NCBI GenBank assembly: GCA_029953675.1
Contig: JAMWBK010000006.1
Location: 1,736,001 to 1,800,000, forward strand
Length of the DNA stretch: 64,000 nucleotides
Direction of reading: 5' to 3'
DNA from: Rhodosorus marinus CCMP1338
Taxonomy: Eukaryota; Plantae; Rhodophyta
Shown: in pieces, positions 58,303-64,000 of the stretch
How positions within the stretch are numbered: the stretch's first letter is position 1
How the letters are laid out: every line of letters begins with the position of its first letter
Program-made: the position numbers and the translations under genes
The notes under the pieces: model-generated
The model's input: only the letters and a program-made list of their open reading frames with translations
What the model was told of the DNA's origin: nothing
The model's database searches: none

Positions 58303-59550
58303 TTAAAAATTCAATTCTGGCTGGACCAGTACTCCAGAATCTTTGTAACCAAAGCTGCTTGCGAGCGTTGAATTGCCGTTCCTAAGAGCCTCTCCAACTG
58401 ACGTAACACCCCATCTATCCTGTGCGTAAGGATCCACGCCATGGTGAAAGAGTTCTAGTGCTATTTCCTCGTTGTTTTCAGCAGAAGCTAGGTGAAGGGC
58501 CGTCCTGCTATCGTAATTCTTCGAAGAAGGATCTACACCCTCCTGAATCAGTCTGCGGACGCTATCCAAGTCACCATCTCCAGCTGCGGATATGAGTTCG
58601 AATCCAGCAATCACGTGGGCCTGACGAAGACCTTGAATAATGTTTTCTCCAATCCCCGCTCCAAAATCGTGAAACGCTTGGACGACAAGATAACTCCCAG
58701 ATCCAAGAGCTTCTTGAACGGGACTGGATCCACGCCTATCGTAGCCGAATAGAAACACAAACAAAGAAGACATTATTTCAGAACAATTTTTTTTCTAGGG
58801 CTCCGAATGGGAGTCGACAGATGCAACTGCATACTCATCCTTGATCGTCATATCCGCTCCGGTTTGTAAAAGGTATCTGGCCACATCCTCCTGGTTTTCA
58901 GCGGCTGCAAGATGAAGAGCTGTTCTTCCTCCGTAGTTTCTGAAGTTGATGTCAGCTCCAGACGTGAGGCAGACCTGAACCATGTCCACGTTGCCTCTGG
59001 CGCTGTGCTCGATCATCTCGTTACTGACTTGCTCAGAACTCTTCACTGTAGTACCCCTATTGAGTCCTTCGTGCTCACCAGAACTTTCCTCGTCCTCTCT
59101 TGACTCCTTTACTGCGACCACAGTTACTGCCCCGCGTTTGAAGACTGCTAACGCAGGTTTCGACTGCTCCCGCTCGACCGAGGTGGCGGTGGCGGTGGCG
59201 GTGGCGGTGGCGGTGGCAGTGGCAGTGGCAGTGGCGGCGGCGGTGGTGGCGGTATTGGTGGTGGTGGCGGTGGTGGTGATGGCCGGTGTGGAGTTCTGCA
59301 ACTGCACTTCAATCGCATTTTTGACCTCCTGTTGGTTTGTCGCATTCAAGTTAAACTCCAGTGCTATCTCCTTCGACGTACTTGCGGGGGTGTCCTTTGA
59401 AGGATCAAAATTGAATTCAATCGCCGTCTTCTTGCCCTCGACAGGCACGTTCAACCTCAGCTTGATCATCTTTTCCAAAACGTCACCGGCCCAATCCTCC
59501 CCAAACGAGCCACCTTTGACTAAGAGTATTTGCGAAGTACTCTAAAAAAA
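58303..59550 (-). CDS. Ankyrin-repeat protein with a WNK/OSR1-CCT-like domain and an Ala/Thr-rich linker; upstream exons unresolved
   Basis: IKLRLNV...AIEFNFDPSKDTPASTSKEIALEFNL (CCT-like); ankyrin repeats NYGGRTALHLAAAENQEDVARYLL and NYDSRTALHLASAENNEEIALELF...DRWGVT. Confidence 0.7.
59181..59280. repeat. (GGTGGC)n / GGT-rich coding repeat (poly Ala-Thr on the minus strand)
   Basis: GGTGGC repeated about 6 times, then GCAGTG and GGT units. Confidence 0.85.
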
Positions 59551-61885
59551 CGCTGGCTTCCCCTATAAGAAAAGGACCTTCTTCAATCTAGCAAGACATG
59601 GAGAGGGATCGTCCTCGCAACGCCAAAACGCATCCGACGTCTTCAAGGATCTCTCTGTGAGTTAAACGTTTCTTTGACAAACGCCGAACGCAACGGGAGA
59701 GCCTCCCTTCTCAAAATCTACGACCAACAATGACCGACCTTGGCAAAATTAACTACACTACGACCCGCCTCCTTCCGCAAAGATCTGAGTACCAAGGCGC
59801 TCTTCAACGATAACTCTCCTCATCAAAAATCTTTCGTTCCGATACTACCACTCCCCAATACGCCCAAACCAGTACCTTAGCACTCACAAGCATGCACCCT
59901 CACAACTCCCCAAATGGATCATACTCCGAAGAAGAGCTGTACGCAAACCATCCACACCAAAGAACATCCAATACACTTCATAGACACCGAAGAAAACAAT
60001 AGATACTGAACCACGGCTCTGTAAAACAAGAGAAGGAAAACTCCTAGGGCCTTCTTCCCCAAAAGACTGAAGAAATCAAGGATGCCCTTTCTCCACAAGA
60101 AAACCAATAAGAAAATCACGACACCCCCTGGGGTTCCTTCCTCGAGATCGTAACGCTTAAATAAAGACCTCAAACCATCCAACAGATACGCGAACAAGAT
60201 TCACACACCACCAACAAACTGTTGGGCGAACTAGCACCTAGCCTTCACGTTGACCACGTCTCTCTTGACCTGGAAGGTTTCTCCTTATCAACAACCAAGC
60301 TCGTTTAACCCAACGACGAACGAACTCACACAACGCGCTAAGTCCTTATCCTTCGCAAGGAAGAGAAAAAAGAACGAAAACCGAAGCTAATAAGACAACA
60401 ATCAAATTTCTATCCACCGCCCCTATCCTCATCTTCTACCATCGTCACGGAGCACGTCTTGTCAAAAAGCTCACCACATCGATCCGCGATTCTCCGCAGC
60501 AAAGTAACGCAAACCAGTCTCGATGCTATGAATGGGTAGACTCACTCGGATAGTTTTATAGTTGCGATGAAAGAGAGCTCACCACGAGTTCGTTCACAAG
60601 GATATCCGTGTCAGGTCTTCGACTTGAACTTGATCTCGAACGCCCAAGAAACAGTCGATGAGAGCCTTTCGGCTGGCAACTATTTAGAAACTATTACCGG
60701 AGGGATTGCCGAGGAGTTCGGTAGGATTGTAGATTTCTCATCTTCAACACACCATCTCGCTTCAGAACCGTCGGGCTCTTCGGACAACTTCTTCACTGTT
60801 TTGGCTCTTTTCTTGGTATTTTGTTTTGTGGATTCTACCTTTCGAGGAAAACCCAGTTCGAATTATATAACGTCACAGAGCGGTGAGCAGCTAGGCCGGC
60901 CCATGGGGATTTCTGTTTAACGAGCACTTGATTGTGACAAACACGTCTCCTTCAGCGGTGTCTATCACTGTGTAACAGAACCTGTAGGATCTAGGCCCAA
61001 AAATTTTCACGACGGGCGGAAGAAAAAAAAAATTACAACTGAATAAGACCCCATTCCAAAGAGTCACGAGAAGTCACTTTCATCAAGTATCCCCGCAAAA
61101 ACCCGGACTTCCTACGTACTTAAGGATCAAAATAAATCTTGGCTTCTGAGGATCGAGTTCTTGGTCTAGTAATAGATAACCTCAGCGGAAATATCAGATC
61201 TATCTCCACCTTGACCAACACAAGATCGTGCAAACAGAAAAGACAAAAAAAAGGTATCCTCAACCTAAGCAACCCTACCCGGCCTCTGTCCCCCGAAAGG
61301 AAAATCAGTTAAGCTATTAAAGAAATAAATTCAATGCACCATTAAAATATTTTAAATTTATGATATTTGTAGAATAATAAATTAATTTATTTTGGAAAGT
61401 TGTAAAAGTTTTGTTAAACTGGTGAATATTATTTTATTATTATTATATTTTAAGAGGTATCGGATAAAACATTGTTAGTGGATAATGTTTAACAGTCTTA
61501 TCGAAGAAATTGGGTAGTTTGTTGATTGGGATGCCGAGGGTTTTGAGCTGCATCGTCGTTGACCGATGTGGTGGTATTGAACGTCTTTCTGGCAAGGGCT
61601 GGCTTACGATTTTCTTCTCTACAGACGAAGAGTGGATGTTTGTAGGTGTCCTTCGGCGTTAAGGCAGATGAGGAATAGGTTGACATTTGCTCCGAACTCG
61701 GTTCGTCATCTGGCATGCCTGGCTCCGTCGAGGTTTTGTTTCATCTTGAAGACCAGCAAGTATCACTTGAGAATCGCTTTCCTCAGTTACCTCCGATCGC
61801 TTTGGTCCCCCCGGTTTCCAATGGTTCTGGCGCTTCTGATTTTGTTTAGTTTGTAGTTTAGTATGATAGTATTGCCAGTATAATT

Positions 61886-64000
61886 CTAAGCCTGCATCGT
61901 GACTGGTCCTCGCACGGTCTGCTGCTGCCATGCGATCTGCGGGGTTTGAGTTGCCGGAGGCGCTCCTAGCATGGGTACACCACCTGTCTGCTGGGATTGC
62001 AGGCCATACATTAGAACGGATGCGTCTTCGTTGATCTCAGCCTCCCTCTCCTTACGGTCACGTTCCTCCAGTTCCTTTCTCGATGCGCTCTCCTCTTCGA
62101 GACGAACGAGTTTCGCGCCCACCTCGGCCATGTTCTGGACCATGTAAGGCATGGCAAAGTCCTTCGCCTGGTGTCTCCAGGAAAGCTCCAGGGCGGTTTC
62201 GGGCTTAAAGAATTCGTAACATCCGTACAGTAGTGCGGTGAAGCACTCTCTCCGCCTCTCTTTCAAAAACTGCTCAGCTAGCTGCTCAGCAAGCTCAACG
62301 TCCTTACTGACCTTAACCGCCTCAATACAGTCTATGTAAATCTTGTCCTTGGTGCTGATTTCCAAGGCCCGTTCCCATTTGCCCAGCTTTCGATATGCTT
62401 TGGTAGCGATTCGGCGCGCTTCCACAAGTCGGTGAGACTCGAGCGTCTTCGCCATGCCTGTAAGGTCAAAGTTGTCATAGCTATCAACTGAAGCGTCAAG
62501 TCCCGGAATGTCCTCTTCAGCCAACAAGACGCTGTTGACAGCCTCGTTTATCTCCCGAACGTTCGCGGCCTGCATCTTCAAGAGGTATCCCTTAACCATA
62601 GGCAACATCCCCAACTCCGTGAGATTTCCTCCCTTTCTCAGTATCGTAATTGCCCTCGTAGCGTCACATCGGTTTGCCAGCAGGAACATTAGGTCTAGCA
62701 GCAAAGTGGGATGCTCATCGATATAGAACTGGATTGCCTTGTACATCGTCTCCATTGATCCTACCCTTGAGACTGTGTCAGAGAACATATCAGGGTTAAA
62801 CGCATCTGGGGCATGGTCCATCATGACCCTAGCAGCGTTGTCAAACTCCTCGTATTGGAAGTACAAGTAGGTCGCTTCCAACCACAAGTAAGCCTCCTCG
62901 CACGCGGATACGAGTCGCGGGAGATGCGCCTTCTTCCACCACATCTTGACGTAGTCCTCGACCACTTCTTCCTTGTACTTGGTATAAAGCACACCGAGCT
63001 CGGTGAATAAACCTGTATGGGCTTTCTCGTGTACAAGCGCTGAGTCAAGAAGATCAATGACTTCTTCAAAGTAGCCTCGAGACTCGTAGAACGAGACGAC
63101 CTCCATCAGTTCGTTGGGATCTACGACAAGTGGAAGACCACAAATCTTTGCGAGTCTAAACTCCTTCGCCCGAACACAGCCGAAGCAGACAATCTTCCAT
63201 ATAGGCTGCCTGTTCGCCTTCTTCGCACACTCAACTGCCTCGTTGTATTCGCCAAGTTTGACGTAGACCTCAGCAAGGCGGGACCAGTTCTTCAGGATGA
63301 GGAAAAGTATCTTGGCACCAATCCAGATCTCCTCGTCATAGCATCGCTCGGCAACATCTTCAATGTTCGCTTCGTTTTTCCTTGACAAGAATTCTTCCAG
63401 TTCCATGTATTTGCGACACCGGCAGTATCCGTAGACGATCTCCGTATCAACCATCTTCAGATCATCCACCTTCCTTCGTGCTGCCAATAGGTATTTCACG
63501 ACAATACTGTACTCTTCATCCTTGGCGTGCTCAAGCGCAGCCGTAATGACCAGCGCGTATTGCGTTGGGTCCTTGGCCCTCATGAGGCACTTGACACCCT
63601 CCTCGATGACGCCACTTTCAAGCATGGACGTACCCAAAATCGTCCAGACCTCGGGGCGATCCACTTTTGCGGCGTACTCCGATGCCCGATCCCAGTCCTT
63701 GATATGCTTGATGAGGACCTCCATCGCCTCGTCCTCGCGATTGAACTTCTGAAAGATCGCGTATCCTTCTTCATACAGCTCCGCGTCGATGGCAATTTTC
63801 GCGACTTCACCTGCATCGAAGTTGTCAAGTCGATTGACGTACTCCATGACTCTGTCCTTCTCAGTCTTGATGGCAGTAAGTATGAGCAAATTCTGAAGGT
63901 TCTTATTGCGTTTGAACGCTGTACTGCTTGTGTCAACTACGAGCTTCTCAAGTAGCTGCATGAGAACCTCAGGTAGGTCCGCGGTCATGAAAGCCTTCAC
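61886..64000 (-). CDS. CHC: Clathrin heavy chain, C-terminal part (gene continues beyond the window)
   Basis: KAFMTADLP, LQNLLILTAIK, YVNRLDNFD, ALVHEKAHTGLFTELGVLYTKY, EEAYLWLEATYLYFQYEEFDNAA, FTALLYGCYEFFKPETALELSWRH...FAMPYMVQ. Confidence 0.97.
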   Translation of the reverse strand: MKAFMTADLPEVLMQLLEKLVVDTSSTAFKRNKNLQNLLILTAIKTEKDRVMEYVNRLDNFDAGEVAKIAIDAELYEEGYAIFQKFNREDEAMEVLIKHIKDWDRASEYAAKVDRPEVWTILGTSMLESGVIEEGVKCLMRAKDPTQYALVITAALEHAKDEEYSIVVKYLLAARRKVDDLKMVDTEIVYGYCRCRKYMELEEFLSRKNEANIEDVAERCYDEEIWIGAKILFLILKNWSRLAEVYVKLGEYNEAVECAKKANRQPIWKIVCFGCVRAKEFRLAKICGLPLVVDPNELMEVVSFYESRGYFEEVIDLLDSALVHEKAHTGLFTELGVLYTKYKEEVVEDYVKMWWKKAHLPRLVSACEEAYLWLEATYLYFQYEEFDNAARVMMDHAPDAFNPDMFSDTVSRVGSMETMYKAIQFYIDEHPTLLLDLMFLLANRCDATRAITILRKGGNLTELGMLPMVKGYLLKMQAANVREINEAVNSVLLAEEDIPGLDASVDSYDNFDLTGMAKTLESHRLVEARRIATKAYRKLGKWERALEISTKDKIYIDCIEAVKVSKDVELAEQLAEQFLKERRRECFTALLYGCYEFFKPETALELSWRHQAKDFAMPYMVQNMAEVGAKLVRLEEESASRKELEERDRKEREAEINEDASVLMYGLQSQQTGGVPMLGAPPATQTPQIAWQQQTVRGPVTMQA

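Noticed and set aside
60567-60920. 117-aa plus-strand ORF
   Set aside because: No recognisable motif, and an exon-like frame is equally plausible on the opposite strand.
61886-64000. Functional link between clathrin heavy chain and the YxxPhi-bearing CBA1-like gene
   Set aside because: About 24 kb and many unrelated genes apart; no evidence of co-regulation.

Overview
Gene-dense eukaryotic nuclear DNA with short GT-AG introns (mostly about 50-110 bp). The gene set and the algal-style N-terminal transit-like peptides suggest a unicellular red alga (inference, not proven). Recognisable genes in order: a flavin amine-oxidoreductase, two tandem intronless PNPOx-like/FNR-like flavoproteins, HUS1, a LigT/ThpR-type 2H phosphoesterase, a small NDUFB2-like protein, a decayed Ty3/gypsy RT relic with flanking repeats, a bPH_2 membrane protein, an RluA-family pseudouridine synthase, a catalytically degenerate FBPase-like gene head-to-head with an inorganic pyrophosphatase/pseudo-FBPase fusion, TruA, eIF2D, LSM6, a membrane-anchored CBA1/BtuF-like binding protein, ALG11, RLP24, a solitary 5S rRNA gene, a carotenoid cleavage dioxygenase plus its pseudogene fragment, a P2C Na+/K+-ATPase alpha subunit, a TIA1/UBP1-like RRM protein, an ankyrin protein and clathrin heavy chain (partial). 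The standout observation: about 1.6 kb upstream of the Na+/K+-ATPase alpha gene, and divergent from it, is a two-exon gene for a ~78-aa peptide. It aligns without gaps to the cytoplasmic/transmembrane segment of animal Na,K-ATPase beta subunits but has no ectodomain. The alpha subunit carries a ~135-aa Cys-containing insertion in the M7-M8 loop where the beta ectodomain normally docks. No searches were run; exon boundaries and family calls are by eye.
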